A stretch of 64,000 nt of DNA, taken from the NCBI GenBank assembly GCA_964057225.1, contig OZ059894.1, positions 12,090,001-12,154,000 of the forward strand, given 5' to 3'. The stretch comes from Auanema rhodensis (Eukaryota; Animalia; Nematoda). Positions 1 through 8,304 of this stretch are shown in pieces. The position numbers and the translations under genes are program-made. The number at the start of each line of letters is the position of its first letter. Position 1 is the stretch's first letter. The notes below the pieces were generated by a model, which was given only the letters and a program-made list of their open reading frames with translations, was not told the DNA's origin and did not search any database.

Positions 1-230
1 GAAAACAAAACGAAAACAAAAACAACTTTTTTTTGAACATTTTCTCACACAAGGGTCCCCCCTTACCTACTTTTTTTCTCATTACTCGTTTCAACCTCAT
101 CCGATCACTCTGCAAACATGTTTAATCGTTCTAACTTGTTGAAATACGTCTTAAAAGTCTAAACAACATGCATATGCATAATAGAAACCACCCGAATAGG
201 CCCCCACGCACTAAACGAGATATATACATT

Positions 231-319
231 ACCAGTATAGTAATAGAACACATATTGAAGATTAATTCGATAAGAACAATTTATTGACGTAGAGAATGTT
301 TGTTCCGAAAAACTACAAT
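231..319 (-). pseudogene. Degenerate relic: element-B 3' end + U2 nt ~39-79 + element-B 5' end (present in every unit)
   Basis: 80/89 identity to the concatenation of 10365-10413 and 9631-9670. Confidence 0.85.
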
Positions 320-596
320 ATTAAACTATAAAAGTAACAAAAGCGTAGAGGCAGCAAAGACATGAATAAACATAAATGTAAATACAGAATTACCAGGTAG
401 TACATAAGTATGACAAAAAATTATAAGAAAGCCATGAAAATAGAAGGTTTGTGAACAAATGAGAGGTACATCTTTGATCGTATAGTCATTTCTAAACCGT
501 TCGTATGCTGCAGCATCGTCATAAGCGTCACTCAAGTTGAATTTCCATGTGTACTACACGATTTTCATTCTTATTGTTACATTCTTTCCCTGAGGG

Positions 597-782
597 AATG
601 GGCCGTTCCCGCCAGCAGTGCAAGAGCGGGTCGACCCGTGAGGTGGAGCTAGCAAGCCAGCATCTACCTCAAGTCTCAAAAATCGGTTAACCTTATTGTG
701 AACCAATGGAACACATATCGAAGGTTAATTCGATAAGAACGATTACTACACTTTGATCTTAGCCAAAAGGCCGAGAAGCGAT
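597..782 (-). ncRNA. U2: U2 snRNA, intact
   Basis: Minus strand ATCGCTTCTCGGCCTTTTGGCTAAGATCAAAGTGTAGTA; stem IIa TATCGAA/TTCGATA; IIc complement TTAACCTT/AAGGTTAA; Sm site GATTTTTG; stem-loop IV loop TTGCAC; 3' end approximate. Confidence 0.96.
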
Positions 783-860
783 ACAGCATAGCCATGAGTA
801 TCAAAGACATCAAGCAAATGTATCGTACTTGTTACGAGTGCACTCTCTCATTTGAATATA
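783..860 (-). promoter_or_regulatory. Presumed U2 Pol II promoter (PSE region); motif not identified
   Basis: Position only: immediately upstream of U2 +1 and near-invariant across units. Confidence 0.35.
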
Positions 861-1224
861 AAAGTGTGGTTTGACAATCTTGACTGTACAGGTCATAAAT
901 GGCTCATATAAACTGTGGATTTACTCAACTTTTGGACTTATTTTTTTCTTATTCGAAGCGCTGCACTTTTTTCTATTCTTTTTATTCAAATACTTGTATA
1001 TAGTTTTATATGTACGGTTGCAAAGTTTCCGAATATTTTATATATTTTTATACAATAATTAGGAGAAGGTTAATACAATGAAATCTCCCAACTTTACAGT
1101 GTTTGTATTGCTTACAGTATCTAGAACAACCACTCTTGTAATATTAGAGCACATATCAATCAACAACTTTTTCTAGTTATCAAAGTTTTTTTATTTCTTC
1201 AAGATATTTCAAATAAAATATAAA

Positions 1225-1343
1225 AGCTTACGACACCCGGGATTCCCAAGCCGTCTCCGATCCAAGTACTAACCGGGCCCAACGTTGCTTGACTTGCCAG
1301 ATCGGACGGGATGGCGTACTTTCAACGTGGTATGGTCGTAAGC
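1225..1343 (-). rRNA. 5S rRNA
   Basis: Minus strand GCTTACGACCATACCACGTTGAAAGTACGCCATCCCGTCCGATCTGGCAAGTCAAGC...GTTAGTACTTGGATCGGAGAC...GTCGTAAGCT, 119 nt, followed by a T-run Pol III terminator; close to nematode 5S as I recall it. Confidence 0.97.
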
Positions 1344-1584
1344 AATGTTATATTCTTCATTATCAGTTATATCACTCTAAATCTTGTTGTTAATAGTTAG
1401 GACCACAAAGAAAACAACAGGAACAGTAACAAATGAAATGCCCAAACTTTACAGTGTTCGAGTTATTTACAGTATCTAAGACTACCTCTGTCGTGTTATT
1501 AGAGCAAACATTCGATTAACAACAACTTTTTTTTAGTTATCAAAGCTTTTTTATTTCTTCAAAAAATTTCAAATAAAATATAAA

Positions 1585-1703
1585 AGCTTACGACACCCGG
1601 GATTCCCAAGCCGTCTCCGATCCAAGTACTAACCGGGCCCAACGTTGCTTGACTTGCCAGATCGGACGGGATGGCGTACTTTCAACGTGGTATGGTCGTA
1701 AGC
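1585..1703 (-). rRNA. 5S rRNA
   Basis: Identical to 1225-1343. Confidence 0.97.
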
Positions 1704-1845
1704 AATGTCATATTCTTCATTATCAGTTATATCACTCTAAATCTTGTTGTTAATAGATACGACCACAAAGAAAACAACAGGAACAGTAACAATAACAAAA
1801 AAAATTTTTTTTTCACCTATGTGTCTAAAGGTTAGCCATGTATCC

Positions 1846-1848
<3 letters not shown>

Positions 1849-1889
<41 letters not shown>
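1849..1889. repeat. (TA)n microsatellite, one per unit, length variable
   Basis: About 20 TA repeats; accounts for nearly all unit-length variation. Confidence 0.95.
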
Positions 1890-1891
<2 letters not shown>

Positions 1892-1984
1892 ACAGTAAAA
1901 AGTCCAATCAAGAGAGAAATTTTTTCAACACATAGTTGTTTTTTTTTTAAATATCATTGTTTTTCCTCATAACTCGGTTTAAAC

Positions 1985-2661
1985 TCGTTCTAACCCGTTG
2001 AAATACGTCTAGAAAGTCTTTATAACATGCATATGTATGATAGAACTTCATATTTATTGTAATAGAAAATTTTATTTTCAGACGTCTTGGTTAACAATGA
2101 TATGTTTTACCCCCTTATAATTTTTATCATAATGTTCCTTATACGGAACGCTCAATGAAACTTGCTTCCAGAAAAATTTCTTTCTATTTTTTCTTCATAT
2201 GTACGTAGATACTATAGAGAACTATGATAGAAAACTTTAACATTCACGAAATCATCATTTCTCATTACGCTACGGAGGTTTAAAAAGCTGTGTTTTACCT
2301 TATAATAGACCGGAAAACCCTTGTGTTAAAACTGGACCGTTTTTACACATATAAAAATGTCCCGTATTCGGGACCCTAATGTAACTTTTGATTCCCTATA
2401 TTTTTTTTCATGAAATTTACAATCTACTGTAGAAAGAAGAATTATTTTTATAAAAACTGTAAATTTTTGAAAAATGAAAACAAAACGAAAACAAAAACAA
2501 CTTTTTTTTGAACATTTTCTCACACAAGGGTCCCCCCTTACCTACTTTTTTTCTCATTACTCGTTTCAACCTCATCCGATCACTCTGCAAACATGTTTAA
2601 TCGTTCTAACTTGTTGAAATACGTCTTAAAAGTCTAAACAACATGCATATGCATAATAGAA
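1985..2661. repeat. Degenerate 61-bp direct repeat pair in spacer (1985-2045 and 2601-2661)
   Basis: tcgttctaac..gttgaaatacgtct..aaagtct...aacatgcatatg.at.atagaa, about 52/61 identical. Confidence 0.8.
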
Positions 2662-3071
2662 ACCACCCGAATAGGCCCCCACGCACTAAACGAGATATAT
2701 ACATTACCAGTATAGTAATAGAACACATATTGAAGATTAATTCGATAAGAACAATTTATTGACGTAGAGAATGTTTGTTCCGAAAAACTACAATATTAAA
2801 CTATAAAAGTAACAAAAGCGTAGAGGCAGCAAAGACATGAATAAACATAAATGTAAATACAGAATTACCAGGTAGTACATAAGTATGACAAAAAATTATA
2901 AGAAAGCCATGAAAATAGAAGGTTTGTGAACAAATGAGAGGTACATCTTTGATCGTATAGTCATTTCTAAACCGTTCGTATGCTGCAGCATCGTCATAAG
3001 CGTCACTCAAGTTGAATTTCCATGTGTACTACACGATTTTCATTCTTATTGTTACATTCTTTCCCTGAGGG

Positions 3072-3220
3072 AATGGGCCGTTCCCGCCAGCAGTGCAAGA
3101 GCGGGTCGACCCGTGAGGTGGAGCTAGCAAGCCAGCATCTACCTCAAGTCTCAAAAATCGGTTAACCTTATTGTGAACCAATGGAACACATATCGAAGGT
3201 TAATTCGATAAGAACGATTA
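3072..3220 (-). pseudogene. U2 3' part (nt 38-end) downstream of element A copy 1
   Basis: U2 sequence breaks at ...gaacgatta|atggttt. Confidence 0.9.
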
Positions 3221-6200
3221 ATGGTTTATTGAATAACTAATGTTATGATACAATAAATAACCAATAAAAAAGAGCCCAGAATCGGGGAGACGGTATTACC
3301 AGTACAACTTAAAACAGCAAGTAATTAAAAAGTACATAATAAGACACATTGCCAACAGAGGCTAAAACGACTCAAGAGTCGGGGGAGTGGGTTAAAAAAA
3401 ATGAACAAAAAAATGAATATTAAAGCAGAACAATGAGAAATCAAGTGCCGCTATGATCAAACAATTTGAGTGCCTACGGCAATGATGTTAAAAATAAACA
3501 ACAAAATACATGTACCAATGAAGGTCAGAAAGAAAGAAACAAAAGACAAAAATAAGTAATACAAAAAGTAAATACATTACAATCAAATCACAAACAAGTC
3601 AATTGATAATTTCTTCTTCATACTGCCTTACACCAGAAACATGTTCCACGTAGATATTCCTGGCCCACTTGATGGTATCGGCGACGACGAGCTTCTCCAT
3701 TAGCCGGTTGTAGTGGCTGCTGATCTTGAGTGATCGGAGGGCTTGTACGTTGAGCGGGTCCATAGTTCCAAGCATTCCTACGACATACGCTTCTACACTA
3801 GTCTTATAACCAAGACATTGGTATTGGCTGGCTATGTCAGCATATTTCCTCTCCTTTATCATACGCGCGGCTATCATGGCTTGTCGGCGGTTTTCATAGC
3901 TCACTGTAACATCAACGATACTACAGTGTTTTGCGTCATGATCGACCACTACTATGTCAGGTCGGAGTGTACTATTAATGCCAGGAAGAGGCTGGTTAGT
4001 GTAAACTTCTCCGTTTTTAGGCTCTGGCAGGGCTTTGATAAGACGGTCCACGATGTTGTTGTGGCGGAGTTGGATTGCTCTCGTGTGAAAGTGGCAGTGT
4101 CCAAGAACATGTGCAGCAGTTTCGTTGGGGTAACTACACCTGCGGCACTGTTTGTTTCCTTCTCCGTGTCTTCTACAGCCATTGAGCTGGAGAGTATTAA
4201 GTCGAGCCTTGTGGATGAATCGCCAATCAGCAAACCGTATGAAATCTCCCTTCGCCATAAAGTGATTGGACGCTTTGTTGAGCATTGTGACATCAAAGAC
4301 TTTCCCTTGATCCGGTTTTTGAAGAAGGATCCGAAGGTCTTTCAGCCATAATGCACGTCGCAGGCTTCTGTGGCATAGTGAAGGTGTTAACAGTTGGTTG
4401 TTTAGATTGAGTTCTAAACCACTTTCGAGGCATGTCCAGTTAGCGTTGATGAGTTTCTTGAGTTGACGCATCGCTACTCTTACTCTAGTCCAGATGGAGG
4501 AAACATCAGATGTTTCGGTGTCGAAAATGCCATCAACGGAACCGTTGTAATATGCAGCTGTCTCATCGTTACTGGCTTGACGTTTAATCCTTTTTGATGC
4601 TACTTTTATTGAGTCTTGATGCGCAATATCAGCTACTACAAGATCAGATGACTTCAAAAGTTGGTAGGCATGAGTGACTTCACAGACGTCTGACAGGTGT
4701 TGGAGTCGAGAGAGACCAAGTCCGCCGTAGTTAGTTGGCAGGTAGATTGGTTCAGCACTGGCGTTTGGAGGATAGTGCATCCATCTACGGGCACAGCGTT
4801 TGAGTTCTTTGTCAAAGGCGACTAGTTTACTCTTTGGGACGTGGCCATTCGTCATATGAAAATTAAGGCAGGGCATCAGGAAGGTGCGTACTGCGTCAGC
4901 TTTCTGCCATTCAGCCAGTAAGGATTTGTCAATTTTTTCCAAGTGTTGACTCATGATATTCACTGTTGGAACCGCAGACTTATGTAAATGCATTCCAGTA
5001 GGGATTCCCAGGTGGGAGTAGCTGTCAAATTTGCTGAGAGCGGGTAGAAAGCAGCTCTGAAGCATGTATGAGGCTGTTGATATTTTCCCTTTGTCGATCG
5101 TCAAAGTGGCGCATTTCGCTGGTTTGAAGGTCAAGCCTGTGAAATTAGCCGCATTTGATGCTGCGTCCAACATTTTCTGTAGATCTTCTGATGATGAGGA
5201 GACCAGGGCAAGGTCATCGGCGTACGCTAGCACAGCGATGTTGTGATTGTGTAGCTTATAGCCTGTAGAGGTTTCCAAGATGGTTTTAATTAGAGGTTCA
5301 ATGGCAAGGTTGAACAGGATCGGAGATAGTGGGGATCCTTGTAACACACCTGCGTGAACTGGAATGGTCGAAGTGAGTCCGGAGCCTGTCTGGATTCTTG
5401 TAGAGGCATCTGTGTATAGAGCTCGTACTCGGGATATTGAGGCTTCAGCCATTCCTGACCATCTTAGAACGTCTAGCAGAGTTTCGTGTGGCAGCGATCC
5501 AAAAGCGTTTGCGAGATCAAGCCAAGCAATTGCAATTTTCTCACGTTTACGTTTAGCGTCTGCAATGGTACTTTGCAACAAAAAGTTGTGTTCCATGCAT
5601 CCAGCTTTGGCCACAAAGCCCTTTTGGGAGGGAGAAAGTCTTTTTTCTGCTCTTGCCCATGTTAGCAGTCGATGCGTAAGACAAGCTGAGTACGTCTTAC
5701 CAATTGTGCACGAAAGTGCTATTGGTCGCCAGTTGTTAATGTCAGCTTTATCACCTTTCTTATGGATGAGGACGGTGGTCGACTCTTTCCAGGAAAAAGG
5801 GATGTGTCCTAGCTTGTGTACGGTGTTAAATATCGCTGCTAATATGTGACCTCCTTGGTCAAATTTCTTCCAGTGCGAGTATCGAAGTCCATCAGCTCCT
5901 GGAGCCGTATCGCTGCAACGTCGTATGCGTTCCCAGACTTCCAAAGGGGTGAAAACACCTTCTAATGGGTCGGTACTAGTTGGCAAATCCGGTCTGGTGA
6001 CTGTGATGGGGAGGGCTGGGCCTTGACTGCTGTGAACAGAAAGGAAGTGTTTTTCAACATCTGCAGATGGTATGGTGCAGGTTTCACTTTGTTCTCCGAG
6101 CAGTTGTCGAAAGGCTTTCTTCTTGTTGGCCCTCCAAAGCTTCTGGATCTTCATCGCCTGGGTTTTTTGGTCTTCCTCAGGTTGTGTGTGTGGTCGGCGC

Positions 6201-6929
6201 CTTTGTCGGAAGTTGGGAACTTTGATCATAATGTCAAGAGACTTTCTGATTGTGTCTACCAACTCTTCCAGGACCTGCTCGAGCTCACTTTTGCACACTA
6301 CCTTTTTAATTCTATCCACCCAAATATTTTCAGAGTTTCTATTCGGATCAGGGTCGGCAAAAGATGGTTCTGTACTCGGAACCCTGATCTCGTTGAATAT
6401 TTCACTCTCTCGCGGAAGGGGGGAAACTTCGGCCTCTGGGGACAAGTCCAGAATTGGGGCCTCAAATAAGCGTACCGTTGATGGAGATCCTTGTTCCTGT
6501 CCACTGGATGATGTTTCCTCCATTGTACGCTCCTCCACGGGCGGGGTGGTCGTCCTTGTGCCTGGTGGGCGGGTGTTCCTGATCCTCCGCAATATAGGGC
6601 GGGAACTGGGCTCTCTCGGAGATAGAGGTGAGATCACCACAGTTTCCTCTATGATGCGGAGGCATCCTTCAGCTTTTTTCTGATGGCTTTTAACGGCCTT
6701 CAGATTGCTGGTGAGGCCACAGGCACGGCACTCAAATTCTACTCCGACCTCATGTTCTCTCCGAAGATGGCGGACGAGACCATTGTGGTCTGAGTAGGAT
6801 CGCGGAATAGGAGCGCAGATTGAACAAGAAAAAGGGCTCTGAAGAGGCACCTTTAGCTTGTAAAGCCCTTGCTCCATCTCTAGCAGATCTAAAGACTTAC
6901 GTAGTACAGTTGCAATATCGATTTAGCCA
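3221..6929 (-). mobile_element. Element A copy 1: full-length U2-targeting RLE non-LTR retrotransposon (Utopia-like, NeSL/R2 group)
   Basis: Single ZnF-RT-RLE ORF; 3' end fused to U2 nt 38; same orientation as U2; 52-nt unique leader; ~380-nt 3' UTR ending TCAATAAACCAT. Confidence 0.93.
3599..6877 (-). CDS. Retrotransposon protein: N-terminal zinc fingers, reverse transcriptase, CCHC knuckle, restriction-like endonuclease (1092 aa)
   Basis: CSIC..HLRREH and CRAC..H..C; APGADG, WRPIAL, QKGF, LDLANAFGS, GVLQGSPLSPILF, YADD; CRRC..ETAAHVLGHC, RHN, RPDIVV..VDVT..YE, KERKY. Confidence 0.96.
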   Translation of the reverse strand: MEQGLYKLKVPLQSPFSCSICAPIPRSYSDHNGLVRHLRREHEVGVEFECRACGLTSNLKAVKSHQKKAEGCLRIIEETVVISPLSPREPSSRPILRRIRNTRPPGTRTTTPPVEERTMEETSSSGQEQGSPSTVRLFEAPILDLSPEAEVSPLPRESEIFNEIRVPSTEPSFADPDPNRNSENIWVDRIKKVVCKSELEQVLEELVDTIRKSLDIMIKVPNFRQRRRPHTQPEEDQKTQAMKIQKLWRANKKKAFRQLLGEQSETCTIPSADVEKHFLSVHSSQGPALPITVTRPDLPTSTDPLEGVFTPLEVWERIRRCSDTAPGADGLRYSHWKKFDQGGHILAAIFNTVHKLGHIPFSWKESTTVLIHKKGDKADINNWRPIALSCTIGKTYSACLTHRLLTWARAEKRLSPSQKGFVAKAGCMEHNFLLQSTIADAKRKREKIAIAWLDLANAFGSLPHETLLDVLRWSGMAEASISRVRALYTDASTRIQTGSGLTSTIPVHAGVLQGSPLSPILFNLAIEPLIKTILETSTGYKLHNHNIAVLAYADDLALVSSSSEDLQKMLDAASNAANFTGLTFKPAKCATLTIDKGKISTASYMLQSCFLPALSKFDSYSHLGIPTGMHLHKSAVPTVNIMSQHLEKIDKSLLAEWQKADAVRTFLMPCLNFHMTNGHVPKSKLVAFDKELKRCARRWMHYPPNASAEPIYLPTNYGGLGLSRLQHLSDVCEVTHAYQLLKSSDLVVADIAHQDSIKVASKRIKRQASNDETAAYYNGSVDGIFDTETSDVSSIWTRVRVAMRQLKKLINANWTCLESGLELNLNNQLLTPSLCHRSLRRALWLKDLRILLQKPDQGKVFDVTMLNKASNHFMAKGDFIRFADWRFIHKARLNTLQLNGCRRHGEGNKQCRRCSYPNETAAHVLGHCHFHTRAIQLRHNNIVDRLIKALPEPKNGEVYTNQPLPGINSTLRPDIVVVDHDAKHCSIVDVTVSYENRRQAMIAARMIKERKYADIASQYQCLGYKTSVEAYVVGMLGTMDPLNVQALRSLKISSHYNRLMEKLVVADTIKWARNIYVEHVSGVRQYEEEIIN

Positions 6930-6987
6930 TTAACCTTATTGTGAACCAATGGAACACATATCGAAGGTTAATTCGATAAGAACGATT
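6930..6987 (-). other. Duplicated U2 segment (nt 39-96) forming the head of element A copy 1
   Basis: Exact match to U2. Confidence 0.92.
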
Positions 6988-7153
6988 TATTGAATAACTA
7001 ATGTTATGAAACAATAAATAACCAATAAAAAAGAGCCCAGAATCGGGGAGACGGTATTACCAGTACAACTTAAAACAGCAAGTGATTAAAAAGTACAAAA
7101 TAAAACACATTACCAACAGAGGCTAAAACGACTCAAGAGTCGGGGGAGTGGGT
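6988..7153 (-). mobile_element. 166-bp 5'-truncated element A (3' UTR end only) inserted at U2 nt 38/39 in the regenerated target
   Basis: Matches the 3' UTR haplotype of the copies at 37 kb and 50.7 kb; flanked by U2 nt 39 and nt 38 with no TSD. Confidence 0.92.
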
Positions 7154-7191
7154 ACTACACTTTGATCTTAGCCAAAAGGCCGAGAAGCGAT
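7154..7191 (-). pseudogene. U2 5' part (nt 1-38)
   Basis: Exact match to the U2 5' end. Confidence 0.9.
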
Positions 7192-7633
7192 ACAGCATAG
7201 CCATGAGTATCAAAGACATCAAGCAAATGTATCGTACTTGTTACGAGTGCACTCTCTCATTTGAATATAAAAGTGTGGTTTGACAATCTTGACTGTACAG
7301 GTCATAAATGGCTCATATAAACTGTGGATTTACTCAACTTTTGGACTTATTTTTTTCTTATTCGAAGCGCTGCACTTTTTTCTATTCTTTTTATTCAAAT
7401 ACTTGTATATAGTTTTATATGTACGGTTGCAAAGTTTCCGAATATTTTATATATTTTTATACAATAATTAGGAGAAGGTTAATACAATGAAATCTCCCAA
7501 CTTTACAGTGTTTGTATTGCTTACAGTATCTAGAACAACCACTCTTGTAATATTAGAGCACATATCAATCAACAACTTTTTCTAGTTATCAAAGCTTTTT
7601 TATTTCTTCAAGATATTTCAAATAAAATATAAA

Positions 7634-7752
7634 AGCTTACGACACCCGGGATTCCCAAGCCGTCTCCGATCCAAGTACTAACCGGGCCCAACGTTGCTTG
7701 ACTTGCCAGATCGGACGGGATGGCGTACTTTCAACGTGGTATGGTCGTAAGC
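7634..7752 (-). rRNA. 5S rRNA
   Basis: Copy of 1225-1343. Confidence 0.96.
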
Positions 7753-7993
7753 AATGTTATATTCTTCATTATCAGTTATATCACTCTAAATCTTGTTGTT
7801 AATAGTTAGGACCACAAAGAAAACAACAGGAACAGTAACAAATGAAATGCCCAAACTTTACAGTGTTCGAGTTATTTACAGTATCTAAGACTACCTCTGT
7901 CGTGTTATTAGAGCAAACATTCGATTAACAACAACTTTTTTTTAGTTATCAAAGCTTTTTTATTTCTTCAAAAAATTTCAAATAAAATATAAA

Positions 7994-8112
7994 AGCTTAC
8001 GACACCCGGGATTCCCAAGCCGTCTCCGATCCAAGTACTAACCGGGCCCAACGTTGCTTGACTTGCCAGATCGGACGGGATGGCGTACTTTCAACGTGGT
8101 ATGGTCGTAAGC
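7994..8112 (-). rRNA. 5S rRNA
   Basis: Copy of 1225-1343. Confidence 0.96.
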
Positions 8113-8254
8113 AATGTCATATTCTTCATTATCAGTTATATCACTCTAAATCTTGTTGTTAATAGATACGACCACAAAGAAAACAACAGGAACAGTAACA
8201 ATAACAAAAAAAATTTTTTTTTCACCTATGTGTCTAAAGGTTAGCCATGTATCC

Positions 8255-8304
<50 letters not shown>

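Larger units (their letters stand above)
1077..1792. repeat. Two ~360-bp sub-repeats, each holding one 5S gene
   Basis: Flanks and 5S gene recur at +360 bp, with diverged spacers. Confidence 0.9.

Noticed and set aside
241-311. Fungal RIP as the cause of the transitions
   Set aside because: The RNA genes look nematode-like, and the array and young elements are unmutated, which RIP would not allow
580-600. Hairpin ttccc-tga-gggaa at the U2 3' end as a terminator
   Set aside because: A 5-bp stem is too short to support a call; no 3'-box consensus could be confirmed
231-782. CRISPR-like repeat/spacer reading of the recurring gaacacatatcgaaggttaattcgataagaac hairpin
   Set aside because: It is U2 stem-loop IIa duplicated by insertions; there are no regular unique spacers or cas genes
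326-2523. Short ORFs repeated in each unit (69, 63, 63-81 and 65 aa)
   Set aside because: Non-ATG starts, low-complexity F/I/Y/K composition from AT-rich spacer and the (TA)n tract, and frames that shift with microsatellite length; identity reflects array homogeneity, not selection
3743-6683. Antisense and alternate-frame ORFs (202, 161, 203, 148, 114 aa) over the retroelement
   Set aside because: Shadows of the RT ORF with no recognisable motifs, mostly non-ATG starts
3599-6877. R2 (28S), NeSL-1 (SL1) or Keno/Tx1 identity; bacterial retron or group II intron
   Set aside because: The target is U2, not 28S or SL1; the endonuclease is a C-terminal RLE rather than an N-terminal APE as in Keno; the context is eukaryotic
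6878-6929. HDV-like or hammerhead ribozyme at the element A 5' end
   Set aside because: Only 52 nt of unique leader and no catalytic-core motifs seen by eye; not computationally excluded
3218-6933. piggyBac-like TTAA target duplication with inverted ends
   Set aside because: The protein is RT-RLE rather than a DDE transposase; the two TTAA come from different U2 positions and the inverted repeat is only 7 bp
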